Assembly (NCBI RefSeq): GCF_963921235.1
Contig: NC_086108.1
Span: 68,884,001 to 68,948,000 of the forward strand
Length of the DNA: 64,000 bases
Direction: 5' to 3'
Source of the DNA: Mobula hypostoma
Lineage: Eukaryota
The notes under the pieces were generated by a model that was given only the letters and a program-made list of their open reading frames with translations, made no database searches and was not told where the DNA came from. This document shows, piece by piece, positions 37,701-49,209 of this stretch; position 1 is the stretch's first letter, and each line of letters begins with the position of its first letter. Made by a program: the position numbers and the translations under genes.

Positions 37701-38849
37701 GTGACAGAGACACATTGGTCCTCCATTAGGTGCACTGATTTAATCTTCGGAAAATCAGCAGGTTGATAAGAATCTACTGCTAACACACTATTCCTGCTGG
37801 AAAACCAATGAAAATATCAAGTCTTAATATGCATTAAAATTCAGTTGTTCCTGATTAAATCATAATTACGACAAACTCACCTCACTCTCTTTCTCATGAT
37901 ACAATAATTTTCCATACTGAGTCATATTACCTCAATTACATTTAAAAGCAATTTATACTTTTAAAAAATATATTTATTTCTCATTTCAGGTTGTCTGCAA
38001 ACTCTAGTCATAATTCTGCTTTCATGTGAATTATAATGCTTCATTCTCATTTCTTGCTTTCCCATGTGAGAATCCCTCAGGTTGATTAGCTGATCAATCA
38101 GCTTGTTATCTGCACTGTTCATTGATGCACATCAAGTCTTAAATTAAACATCACTCTGAGATAGAGCAAATAAACACCAGAGTCTACAAAATATGCCCAA
38201 GCAAATTTCTGGAAAAGGTTCACAAGAGTATTACCAAACTGTTATGGGGATGGGGTAAAGAACAAGGGAGACAAGGTTGTTCTCGTTGGAGGAAAGAAAA
38301 CTGAAAGAATATTTGACTAAGATGGATGAGATTACAGAAAATTTAGATAGGATAAACTAATACAAGTCATTTCATTTAGAAAACAATTCAAGGACCATAA
38401 ACACATCAAAAGTGGTAGGCAAAAACATGGGAACAGCGGTGTAAAGGAGGAGGGGTGGGAGACCTTTTTTAATTTAAAGCAATAGTTATTTGAGAAATTA
38501 CTGATCATGCGTTTAAAAGGACAATAATTTTCAGAGATACAGACAAAGTGCAGGGCAAGGGGACTGAGCGAATTTTTCCATAGAGAGCTGGCAATAGATT
38601 TGACGGGCAGAAGGCCTCTCTGGAGCAACAGTAAATTTAATGATTTTGTGAATCTAGCCTGTCTGGGCAGAGGACAAGATTGGCTTTTAATTAGATTGAT
38701 TATCATCATGCATATATATTTTAGAAGTTTGACTATCTATTTGCTATGATTTCAGCCTCTTCACTTATACCAGATGCAAACATAAGCTTTATTTGTCACA
38801 AGTGCAAAACATGAAAGCATACAGTGAATTGCACTGTTTTGCGTCAAGT

Positions 38850-39000
38850 TAAATCAGTGAGGATTGTGCAATGTCGCCATGCTTCCAGTGCCAAAATAGC
38901 ATACCCACAACTCACTAATCCTAACTATATGTTTTGGAATGTGGGAGGAAATCACAGCAACCAAAGGAAACATCCGATCACAGGAGAATGTACAACCTTA
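38850..39000 (-). mobile_element. V-SINE-like fragment
   Basis: Reverse complement resembles the V-domain GTTTGTACATTCTCC...GGTTTCCTCCCACATTCCAAA. Confidence 0.55.
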
Positions 39001-39459
39001 TTAAAAATATTATACAAAACTAGCATACTTTCCCATCATAGTTGCTGTGAAATGGAAAGCTGCTTGAAATAGATGTTGGATAGTTTGATGTTTGATATTC
39101 TGTGTGTTATTCACTCTCCTTCTGCCATTTGCACAATTTGTTCTTTTCTTGAGCATTAGGTGTTTGATGTTTTGTTGAACAGGTTCCATGGTGTTTCTTT
39201 GTTTTCTGGGTTATCAACTCAGAGTTGTTTCTGTATACATAGTTTGATAACAAATGTGCTTTGAATCTTTGGTTGCAAAGACAATCTCAGCACTGGAACC
39301 CAGTAATAGATGCAGTTGGGTGGGTGGGGGGGCGGGGTTCATTCAACTCTCACAATCTATAGAGGACCCAGCTCCATCATATCAGACCGTGCTCTGACAG
39401 CAGACTGTTCACTGTGTGCTTCACACCAGCTGTACATAGCTATCTATATATGCAATGTA

Positions 39460-41310
39460 AGTGGATTTCATCTTTAGACTTGGCCATTCCAAAACACAAT
39501 TTTTTTTAAATATAAAAACCATTCCATTGGTGATTTACTCTTGTATTTCAGATCACTGTCTTGCTGCATCATTCAACACAAATTAAGCTTCAGGTGATGG
39601 ACTACTACCTTGACATTCTTCTGCAAAATGTCTTGATACAATTTTGAATTCATTGTTTCCTCAACAATTGCAAGCTGTTCAGGCGCTGAGGCAGCAAAGC
39701 AGCCCGAAACAATGATGCTCCTTCCACCATGCTTCACAGTTGGAATGAGGTCTTGGTGTTGGTGAGCAGTGCCGTTGTTCCTTTAACCACCACAGTGCAG
39801 AGTTCTGCCAAAAAGTTCAACTTTTGTCTCATCTGTCCACAGAACATTGTCGCATAAGTGTTGTGGAACATCCAGGTGGTCCTTTGCAAACTTGAGATGT
39901 ACAGCAATATTTCTTTTGGACAGCAGTGGTTTCCTCCATTGTGTCCTTCCATGAACACCATTCCTGTTCAGTGTTTTTCTTATAGTGGATACATGAACAA
40001 AAACTAGCAAGTTTGAGATTTCTGCAGGTCTTTTGCTGTTACCCTTGGCAGACATCCCACCTCTCCCGGAAGTTCCGGGAGTCTCCCGCATATTAATAGT
40101 GGCTCTCTGATGCCCGCAAATTATATACAATGTTCCGGAAATCAATTTTTTTTTGAGAGGGAGGGAGCAAGCGAGAGAAAGTAAGAGAGAGCGACCACGA
40201 GAGAGATAAAGCAAGAGAGAGTGTGAGAGCAACCATGAGAGAGACCGAGTGCGAAAAAGAGAGCGCGAGAGAGAGCGCAAGTGAGACAGCGAGAGAGAGC
40301 GAGAGCGAGAGAGAGCGCACGAGTAAGAGAGAGCGCGAGTGCGCCACGGCAGAGTGTTCCAAGAAAAAGAAAATATAAACGTACGTCATCCAGGACTACA
40401 CTGAGGTGTACCCCTGCCTAATAGGGGTCAAAAATAATGACAGTATTGTGCTCTGCACTGTTTGCATCAGTGACTTTTCTATTGCCCATGGCGGGTTAAG
40501 ACTGTAAAAGGCATGCTGAGGTGAGTTTAACAGGTGTCATTCGTTCACTAGCATAGCTAACGTTATTTAAACTAGCTGGCTAGCTGCTAAGGAGCTACTC
40601 TATTGCAGATATCCCACCTCTCCTGGAAGTTCCAGGAGTCTCCCGCAAATTGATGGTGCTACCTCCCTGAAATGAGTTTTTGCAGGGTGGGATGTCTGCC
40701 TTGGGTTCTTTTTCACCTACTTTCATTGGTGTGATCTTTACAGGATGCCCATTCCTAGGGAGGAACAGTACTGAGTTTCCTATATTTGTAGACAATTTCT
40801 CTTACCGTGGACTAATTGACAGTCAGGTCTTGAAAAATGCTTTTGTACCCTTTTCCATCTTCATGAATCTCCACAATTCTTCTTCTAAGGTTCTCTGAAA
40901 ATTGTTTGAGGCATGGTGTCCATAAAGAGATCTTTAAACAGATCTTTCTTGAGAAGTGCAGGCTCTGTCAGTAACCTGACTTTGTGTTTCTTTTTTTTTA
41001 ATATAGGGCAAGGCTCCTCTACAACCTTCAGTTCCAATCTTATCTCATTGATTAGACCACCTAACTCCAAATAGTATTTGTAGAAGGCATCACCCTAGAA
41101 GTTCATATACTTTTATGAACCTTGACTGTGATTGATTAAATGGTGTACTGAGTATTAATGAGAAGTACAATTGTTTGTGTGTTATTAGTTCAGGCAGATT
41201 GTGTTTGTCTATTACTGTGATTTAGATAAAGATCAGACCACATTTTATGAGTAATTAATGCAGAAAACCAGGTAATTGTAAATGGTTCAGAAACTTTTTC
41301 TTGCACATGT
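39460..41310 (-). mobile_element. Tc1-like transposon remnant (one TIR plus transposase pseudogene), interrupted by a hAT-like element
   Basis: LRRRIVEIHEDGKGYKSI, VKKNPRVTAKD, HVSTIRKTLNRNGVHGR...RKPLLSK and VLWTDETKVELFG. TIR-like GCAAGAAAAAGTTTCTGAACC on the minus strand near 41284-41304. The other end is missing. Confidence 0.88.
40049..40698 (+). mobile_element. Non-autonomous hAT-like DNA transposon with BED-finger remnant and 6-bp TSD
   Basis: 13-bp TIR CAGACATCCCACC / GGTGGGATGTCTG. TSD CCTTGG (40043-40048 and 40699-40704). CTVCISDFSIAHGG..DCKRH at 40454-40520. GA-rich tract at 40157-40340. Confidence 0.8.
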
Positions 41311-41314
41311 GGTT

Positions 41315-41381
41315 GCAAATATTTCAAAATCTGAAATACCTCCTTCCTCAAGCATTTTGGATAAGGGATGGTCAACTGGTA
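41315..41381. mobile_element. Tigger/MER2-group MITE end
   Basis: CAAGCATTTTGGATAAGGGATGGTCAACTGGTA resembles the MER2-group terminus CAAGCATTTCGGATAAGGGATACTCAACCTG|TA. Partner end not seen. Confidence 0.45.
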
Positions 41382-41913
41382 CATAATACTGGTACTATGT
41401 ACATATCCAGTACATAATACTGGTACTGTGTTCCAGTATTCAGCAGCCATTAAACAGCATTGTCTCCCTCTCCTCCTTTTATCTGTTCACGGTTCTCACA
41501 CTATAATGGTAAATTCTGGAATGGTATTCTCTCAGAAAAGATTATCTTGTCTTAATAGCTCTACTCATGACTGTCCTAATGTAAACGGGTTGGTTGGTTA
41601 AATTGCTGTTTATCTCCAACTTACTCTAAACTTAGTTTTCAACTTCAATCCTTGAATTTAAAACTCTTCAATATCTCCTCATCACAAATAACATCATTCT
41701 CCCTCACCATCATTTACACACTTTCTCAAATATTTTATTTGCATTCTTATTTTCTTCCCAATTTCATTACATTTCCCTTGATTATACATTCAAGGCATAT
41801 TATATGTGAAATTATGCAGTTGAAATTTAACATTAAACATCCTACTGCAGGATATAACATGAAATAGAAATACGTCACTCTGGCTGTTGACCAATTCCCA
41901 TAGCAATATTCTA

Positions 41914-42536
41914 CGAGGGGTGATTGATAAGTTTATGGCCTAAGGTAAAAGGAGTCAATTTTAGAAAACCTAGCACATTTATTTTCCCTATACTTACACA
42001 CTTAGTCCAGCGGTCATGGAGCATATGGATCCCTTCTTTGTAGAAATCGGCATCTTGGACCTCCAGAAGTGGTCCACAACTGGGGTGATTGATAAGTTTG
42101 TGGCCTCGGGTAGAAGGAGATGAGTTATTAACTTCAAACTTTCTGCATTTTCACTCAGAGAGTTGAACTGCACATGCATGTAACTAGAGCAGTATAACTC
42201 ATCTCCTTCTACCTTAGGCCATGAACTTATCAATCACCCCTGCTGTGGACCACCTGGAGGTCCAGGATGCTCTCATTACATGCACGTGCAGTTCAACTCT
42301 TTGAGTGATAATGCAGAAAGTTTGAAGTTAATAACTCATCTCCTTCTACCTTAGGCCACGAACTTATCAATCACCCCTGCTGTGGACCACTTCTACAAAG
42401 AAGGGATCCGTATGTTCCATGACCACTGGACTAAGTGTGTACATGTAGGAGGGGACTATGTTGAAAAATAAATGTGCTAGGTTTTCTAAAATTGACTCCT
42501 TCTACCTTAGGTCACAAATTTATCAATCACCCCTCG
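41914..42536. mobile_element. Mariner-derived palindromic MITE
   Basis: TA|CGAGGGGTGATTGATAAGTT...AATTTATCAATCACCCCTCG|TA, with long inverted arms and three extra internal TIR copies. Confidence 0.9.
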
Positions 42537-43348
42537 TATTTATTTCTGAATATTTTCTATCCATGGACCAGATTAATATCCAGATGCCTCCTATTTGATG
42601 GAATGTGAACACCATCTTGGCAATAATAAAACATCCATCCAGGAAGAGCTTTGAATTGTTGCCATGTGAATAACTTCATCCATCAGAATTACTGGATAAT
42701 TAGAATCAATGGATTTCTAAGACATCAATGATTCTTCCACTTGTTATGAATCTATAAGTCACTAAGCCAAGAGTCCTTGAACAATACTACTTTACTGCCA
42801 CAGAGTTCATGGCTTGGGGAAGAGGAATTTCCTGTAAATGCAAAACTATCTTCTGAAACAGACACAAAATGCTGGAGGAACTCAGCAGCCAAGGCAGCAT
42901 CTATGGAAAATACAGACGTTTTGGGTAGAGACCCTTCATCAGGACTGGAAATAAAAATAAGAAGTCAAAGTAAGAAAGAAGGGGGAGGGGAGGAAGAACC
43001 ACAAGGTGATGGGTGAAACCGGGAAGGGGATTGGGTGGAGGGTTGAAGTAAAGGGCTGAGGAGTTGATTGGTGAAAGAGATACAGGGCTGGAGAAGGGAG
43101 GGGGGGAAAGAGTCTGATATGAGAGGACAGAAGGCCATGGAAGAAAGAAAAGGGGGAGGAGCACCAGAGGGAGGTAACAGGCAGGTAAGGAGATAAGCTG
43201 ACAGAGGAAAATGGGAATGGGAATGGTGAGGTGGGGGAAGGAGAGGCATTACCGGAAGTTTCCTACCCAGGCAGAGTAGCAGGTGCTGCTCCTCCAACCT
43301 GAGTGTGGCTTCATCGCGACAGTGGAGGAGGCCATGACCTGACATGTC

Positions 43349-44935
43349 AGAATTGCTATTGCAAAGGAAAAAGTGCAAGGCAAACTCAAAGGTGGATAAG
43401 TCACCTGGACCAGATGGGACTACATCCCAGAGACCTGAGAGGGGTTGCTGAAGAGATATTGCATGCATTGGTCATGATCTTTCAAGAATCTCTTGATTCT
43501 GGCATGATCCTGGAGGACTGAAAGATTGCAAATGTTGCTCCACTCTTTAAGAAGGGAGGAAGGCAAAAGAAAGGAATTTACAGACCAGTTAGCCTAACCT
43601 CTGTGGTTGGGGAAGTGTTGGAGTCCATTACTAAGGATGAGATTTTGGGATACGGGGACTAATGAAAACATAAATCAAAGTCAGCACGGTTTCTGTAAAG
43701 GGAACTCTCACCTGACAAAACTGTTGGTTCTTCGAGGAAGTAACAAGCAGGGTGGACAAAGCAGAGGCAGTGGATGTCATTTACTTTGATTTTCAAAAGG
43801 TGTTTGATAAGGTGCCACACATGGCACAGCTTAACAAGATAAAATCCTATGGCATTACAGGAAAGATACTGGAATGGATACAGGAATGGCTGACAGCCAG
43901 GAGACAGCAAGTGGGAATAAAGGGGGCCTTTTCTGGTTGGCTGCCAGTGACTAGTGGTATTCCTCAGGGGTCAGTATTGAGACCACTACTTTTCACGTTG
44001 TTAGTCAATAATTTAGATAGTAGAATTGATGGCTTTGTGGCAAAGTTGCAGATGATACAAAGATATATGGAGGGGTTGGTAGTGCTGAGGAAGCAATGCG
44101 ATTGCAGTAGGACGTAGACAAATTAGAAGAATGGCAAAAAAAGTGGCAGATGGAAAATGTTGGAAAATGTACAATAATGAATTTTGCCTCAACATGAACA
44201 ATAATGTGGACTACTATCTAAATGGGGAGACAGTTCAAACAACAGAGGTGCAGAGGGACTGAGGAGTCCTCATACAAGACTCCCAGAAGGTTAATTTACA
44301 GGTTGAGTCTACAGTTAAGAAGGCAATGTTGGCATTTATTTCAAGGGGAATAGGATATAAAAGTAAGGAGATAATGCTGAGCCTTTATAAGGTGCTAGTC
44401 AGGTCGCACAGAATATTGTGAACAGTTTTGGGTCCCCTATCTCAGAAAGGATGTGTTGTCATTGGAGAGTCCAGAGGAGGTTCACAAGGATTCTGGAAAT
44501 GAAGAGGTTAACATGTGAGGAGCGTTTGGCAGCCTTAAGGCCTGTACTCGCTGGAATTTAGAATAACGCATGGGGATTTCATTGAAAACTACCAAATGTT
44601 GAAAGGACAAGATAGGGTGAATGTGGAGAGGATGTTTCCTATGGTGGATGTATCCAGAACTAGAGGACACAGCCTCAAAATTGAGGGTGATCTTTTAAAA
44701 CAGAGGTAAGAAGGAATTTTTTTAGCCGGACAGTAGTGTATCTGTGAAATGCCTGCCACAGACTGCGGTGAAAGCAAAGTCCGTGGATATATTTAAGGTG
44801 GAAGTTGATAGTTTGCTGATCGGTCAAGGCATCAAAGAATATGGTGAGAAGGTGTATGGGATAGAGTGAAATCCGGGATCAGCCAGAGCAGACTTGATGG
44901 GCTGAATGGGTGAATTCTGCTCCTATGTCTTATGG
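43349..44935 (+). mobile_element. 5'-truncated CR1 nested in the PLE
   Basis: KSPGPDG, YRPVSLTSV, FDFQKVFDKVPH, GIPQGSVL and a TATGTCTTATGG tail. Confidence 0.92.
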
Positions 44936-45580
44936 AATGGGAATAGGAAGTGGAATTAAAATGGGTACCACTGGGAGATCCCGCTACCTCTGGAGGACGT
45001 AGCGGAGGTGCTCGGCAAAGCAGTATCCCAATCTGTGTCAGGTCTCACCAATATACAGGAGGTCACATTGGGAGCACCGAATACAGTAGATGATCCCAAC
45101 AAACTCACAGGTGAAATGTCACCTCGCCTGGAAGGACTGTTTGCAGCGCTGAATGTTAGAGAGGGAGGAGGTGCAGGGGCTGGTGTAGCACTTATTCCAC
45201 TTGCAAGAATAAGTGCCAGGAGGGAGATCAGTGGGGGTGGGATGAAAAGACAAGGGAGTTGCGAAGCGAGCGACCACTGCTGAAAGCAGAAAGTGGTGGG
45301 GGGGGGGTGGAAAGATGTGCTTGGTGGTGGGATCCTGCTGGAGATAGCAGAAGTTACCAAGAATTATGTACTGAACGCAGAGGCTGGTGGGGTAGTAGGT
45401 GAGGAAAAGAGGAACCCTATCCCTGGTGGGGTGACGGTAGGGTGGGGTGAGGGTAGACGTGTCCAAAATGGAAGAGATGCATTTGAGGGCAGCATTGATG
45501 GTGGAGGAAGGGAAGCCCCTTTCTTTGAAGGAGGACATCTCGTTAGTTCTACAATGAAACGCCTCATTCTGAGAGCAGAT

Positions 45581-46076
45581 AGAAACAGAATCACAGAAAA
45601 CCTACAGCACAATACAGGCCCTTCGCCCACGTACTTTAGAAATTACCTAGGGTTACCCATAGCACTCTATTTTCCTAAGCTCCATGTACCTATCAAGGAG
45701 TCTCTTAAAAGACCATATCTGACCCCCTAACTATAGAGTCCCCTATTACTGCTGCCTTCTTCCTTTCCCTACCCTTCTGAGCCACAGGGCCAGACTCTGT
45801 GCAAGAGGAGCGGCCACGGTTGCTTCCCCCGGGTAGACCCCAACAATACTGAAACAGGAGTACTTAAGGGGGACAGCCACAGGGGTATTCTCTAGTATCT
45901 GACTCTTGCCCTTCCCTCTCCTGACTGTTAGTCACTTATCTGTCTCCCAAGGCCCCAGTGTGACTACTTGCCTATAGCCCCTCTCTATCACCTCATTACT
46001 TTCACCGACCAGATTGAAGGTCATTGAGCTGCAGCTCCAGTTCCCAATTCCAGTCCCTAACGACCTGCAGCTCGAT
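45581..46076 (-). mobile_element. Internally deleted CR1: ORF1 fragment joined to the 3' tail
   Basis: Minus strand reads LELQLNDL...AVIGDSIVRG and joins directly to the 3' UTR at ~45720. Flanked by GCAGAT (45575-45580 and 46077-46082). Confidence 0.78.
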
Positions 46077-46341
46077 GCAGATGTGGCAGAGATGGAGGAA
46101 TTGAGAGAAAGCGATGGCGTTTTTACAAGTAACAGGGTGGGAAGAGATACAGTCCAGGTAGCTGTGAGAAACAATGAATTTATAATAGACATCAGTAGAT
46201 AAGTTGTCTCCAGAGAGAGAGATCGAAAAAGAGGAGGCAAGTGTCAGAAATGAAGCAGGTAAATTTGAGGGCAGCAGCAATGCAGTCGTCGATGTAGCGT
46301 AGGAAAAGTTGGGGAGTGATACCAGCGTCGGCCCAAACGTC

Positions 46342-46881
46342 ATCTGGACTGGTCTGGTCACCTCACCTCACTACAGGAAGGGTGTGGAAACCATAGAAAG
46401 GGTGCAGAGGGGATTTACAAGGATGTTGCCTGGATTGGGGAGCATGCCTTATGAGAACAGGTTGAGTGAACTCCGCCTTTCTTCTTGGTGCAGCGAAGGA
46501 TGAGAGGTGACCTAACACAGGTGTATAAGATGATGACAGGCATTGGTTGTGTGGATAGTCAGAGACTTTTTCCCAGGGCTGAAATGGCTAACACACGAGG
46601 ACACAGTTTTAAGGTGCTTGGAAGTAGGTACAGAGGAGTTATCAGGGGTAGGTTTTTTTTATATAAATGCAGAGAGTGGTGAGTGCGTGGAATAGGCTGC
46701 TGGCGACAGTGGTGGAGGATACAATAGGGTCTTTAAAGAGACTCCTGGATAGGTACATGGAGCTTAGAAAAATAGAGGGCTATGGGTAACACTAGGTAAT
46801 TTCTACATTAAGTACATGTTTGGCAGAGCATTGTGGGCTGAAGGGCCTGTATTGTGCTGTAGGTTTTCTATTTTTCTATGT
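46342..46881 (+). mobile_element. CR1 3' fragment nested in the inverted PLE repeat
   Basis: SPHYRKGVETIERVQRGFTRMLPGL and RMRGDL, ending in a TTTCTA-type tail. Confidence 0.88.
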
Positions 46882-47340
46882 ACTCTTTTCCATAGCTGCT
46901 GCCTGGTCTGCTGAGTTCCTCCAGCATTTGGTATGTGTTGCTTGGATCTCCAGCATCTGCAGATTTCCTCTTATTTTTGAAGCATAGATGTGGCCTAAGG
47001 CTATGATTTTGAAGGCATTATATTTATAATTTCATGTCTTCCTTCAACATCTTAATGACTTGTAACCATTCTAATTTATTAGCTTGTAATTTCCATTTAT
47101 GTAATGTACTTTTGAATCAACTCAATGATCTGCAGATATCACTATCTTCTGAAGAATATGACAACCAAGCAGGTACAGCACACTTAAGCAGGTAAAGGAT
47201 CATCACCTTTGCCGGAAGCGAGACAGGAGGGGAGGACTCTAAGCCAGGCTGAAACACAGAGAAGTGAAGCTCACTCTGCCCAGCATTTTGTCAGCAAACA
47301 TGCAGTCGATGGAGAACAAAACTCAACACCTGTGGGCAAG

Positions 47341-47433
47341 CAACACATAAAAGTTGCTGGTGAACGCAGCAGGCCAGGCAGCATCTCTAGGAAGAGGTAC
47401 AGTCAACGTTTCGGGCCGAGACCCTTCGTCAGG
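47341..47433 (-). mobile_element. 93-bp Penelope-like terminal insertion
   Basis: 13-bp TSD ACCTGTGGGCAAG (47328-47340 and 47434-47446). CpGs are retained, suggesting a young copy. Confidence 0.85.
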
Positions 47434-47435
47434 AC
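47402..47435 (-). ncRNA. Minimal type I hammerhead ribozyme motif (PLE-associated)
   Basis: Minus strand GUC-CUGACGA-A-GGGU-CUCG-GCCC-GAAAC-GUU-GAC has both core boxes, stem II, a palindromic ACGU stem III and a 3-bp stem I. Confidence 0.72.
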
Positions 47436-49209
47436 CTGTGGGCAAGATTGCTGTATCAGAGGGAAAGGAAAGATTGTTGTGTTCTATGTTTGAACGAGAC
47501 GTAGCTTTCACCCAGCATACCAGATAAACTCTAGGTGGCACTCCAATGTGGCAGTTTTCTCAAACTCGTGTTCTCCCAATCTGGAAGACCTAACTGTCAA
47601 ATGCCAACCATTCTATTTACCTAGTGAGTTCTCCTCCATAATCCTAATTACAGTCTACACACCACCAGCAGGCAAGTCCTTGACATACTGCATGATGCCA
47701 TCTCCAAACAAGAAACAGTCCATCCCAACACATTTCAGATCATAGCCGTGGACTTGAAACAGACTTGTTTGAAGAAAACCCTGCTCAGTTACCATCGGCA
47801 TATAACCTGTAGCATCAAAGATCCCAACACATTAGATCACTGTTTTACAAGATAAGGAATGCCTACCGTTCTATGCCCAGACCCCATTTCGGTAAATCTG
47901 ATCACTTGGCTGTCCTTCTCCTACCTGCGTTCAAGAAAAGGCTAAAAACCAAAGCTCTGGAGATTAGGACAACAAAGAAGTGGTTGCAGAAGACAAGGAG
48001 CAGTTATGGGACTGCTTCAAATCAGTGGATTGGGTCGTGTTCAACAACTTATCTGTAGATCTGAATAAATACATCATGGTTGTCACATACTTTATTAAAA
48101 CCATTGTAGACGAGTGGGTCTCCACAAAATCATTCAATTTACCCGAACCCGAATCAGAACCCTTGGATGAACCATGAGATCCTGGGGCTGCTGAGGGTCA
48201 GATCAGAGGCAATTAAGTCTGGTAACCAAGAAAGAAGAAAGTTACAAGAGGTTCAGGTAAAATCTCCGGAAAGCCATCTCATGGGTGAAGCGGCAATTCT
48301 GTACTAAACATGAATCAACAAAGGATGCTTTACAGTTGTGGCAGGGCTTGAATACTATCACCTCTTATAAAAGTTAAATCAAGCGAAAACAGGGCTTTGG
48401 TTCCAGAAGAACTCAATGCTTTCAACACTCGCTTTGACTGTCAAAATATGTAGGAACCATCAACTCCCACAGGCCCCAATGATCATGTGATTTCAGGATC
48501 TGAGACTGATGTGCGAGCAGCCATCAGAAGGGTCAACCCACGAAAAACATCCGGTCTAGATGAGGTACCTGGCCAAGTACCTGACCTATGTTGATCAACT
48601 GGCTGGAGTATTCACTGAGATTTTTAACCTCTGACTTAGGCAGTCTGAGATACCCAACTGCTTCAAGCAGGCATCAATTATACTGGAGCCTGAGAAGAAT
48701 GTGGTAACCTGCCTCAGTGACCATCATCCATTAGCACTGATGACTTGATCTCCTTCCTATTTGCCTGCCAATGCAACAGGTCCACAGCAGATGCCATCTC
48801 ACTGGCTCTTTAATCAAACCTGGAACATCTGGACTATAAAGATGCATATATCTGGATTCTTCCTAGCAATTACAGCTCAGCATTCAATATCATCGTCCTC
48901 TCAAAATTAATCAATAAGCTTCAAGACTTGGCTTCGATATCTCCTTGTGCAACTGGATCCTCAATTTCCTCTCTTGCAAATCCCAGTGAGTTCATATTAG
49001 CAACAAATCCCCTCCATAATCTCCCTGAGCACAGGTGCACCACAAGGCTGCATACTTAGTCCCTTGCTCTGCTCAGTTAACTCTCATAACTGTGTGGCTA
49101 AGCACAGCTCCAATGCAATATTGAAGTTTGCTGATGACGCCACTGTGGTAGGCCGAATCAAAGGTGGTGACGACTCAGCATTTAGGAGATAGAATGAAAA
49201 TCCGGTGGA

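Larger units (their letters stand above)
42858..47140 (-). mobile_element. Penelope-like element (RT fragment, GIY-YIG, terminal repeat) with inverted 5' terminal repeat, split by three CR1 insertions
   Basis: PLE pieces at 42858-43347, 44936-45580 (FKERGFP, RDRVPLFLTYYP, CKWNKCYT, YIGET) and 46077-46326 (LFLRYIDDC). Inverted repeat at 46327-46341 plus 46880-46980. 13-bp TSD ACTATCTTCTGAA (42845-42857 and 47141-47153). Confidence 0.85.

Noticed and set aside
8942..38709. Numerous 60-125 aa ORFs in AT-rich or antisense-TE sequence
   Set aside because: No recognisable domains, often non-ATG starts, and the lengths expected by chance or as shadows of TE reading frames.
39783..40389. Ser/Leu/Arg-rich ORFs
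   Set aside because: They are translations of a GA-rich low-complexity tract fused by chance to Tc1 sequence.
41379..41427. 18-bp direct repeat (also a 17-bp tandem at ~34836-34869)
   Set aside because: Simple local duplications with no sign of function.
41914..42536. CRISPR-like array of ~38-bp repeats
   Set aside because: The repeats occur in both orientations, the spacers are themselves repeated, TA-flanked TIRs bound the unit, there are no cas genes and the context is eukaryotic.
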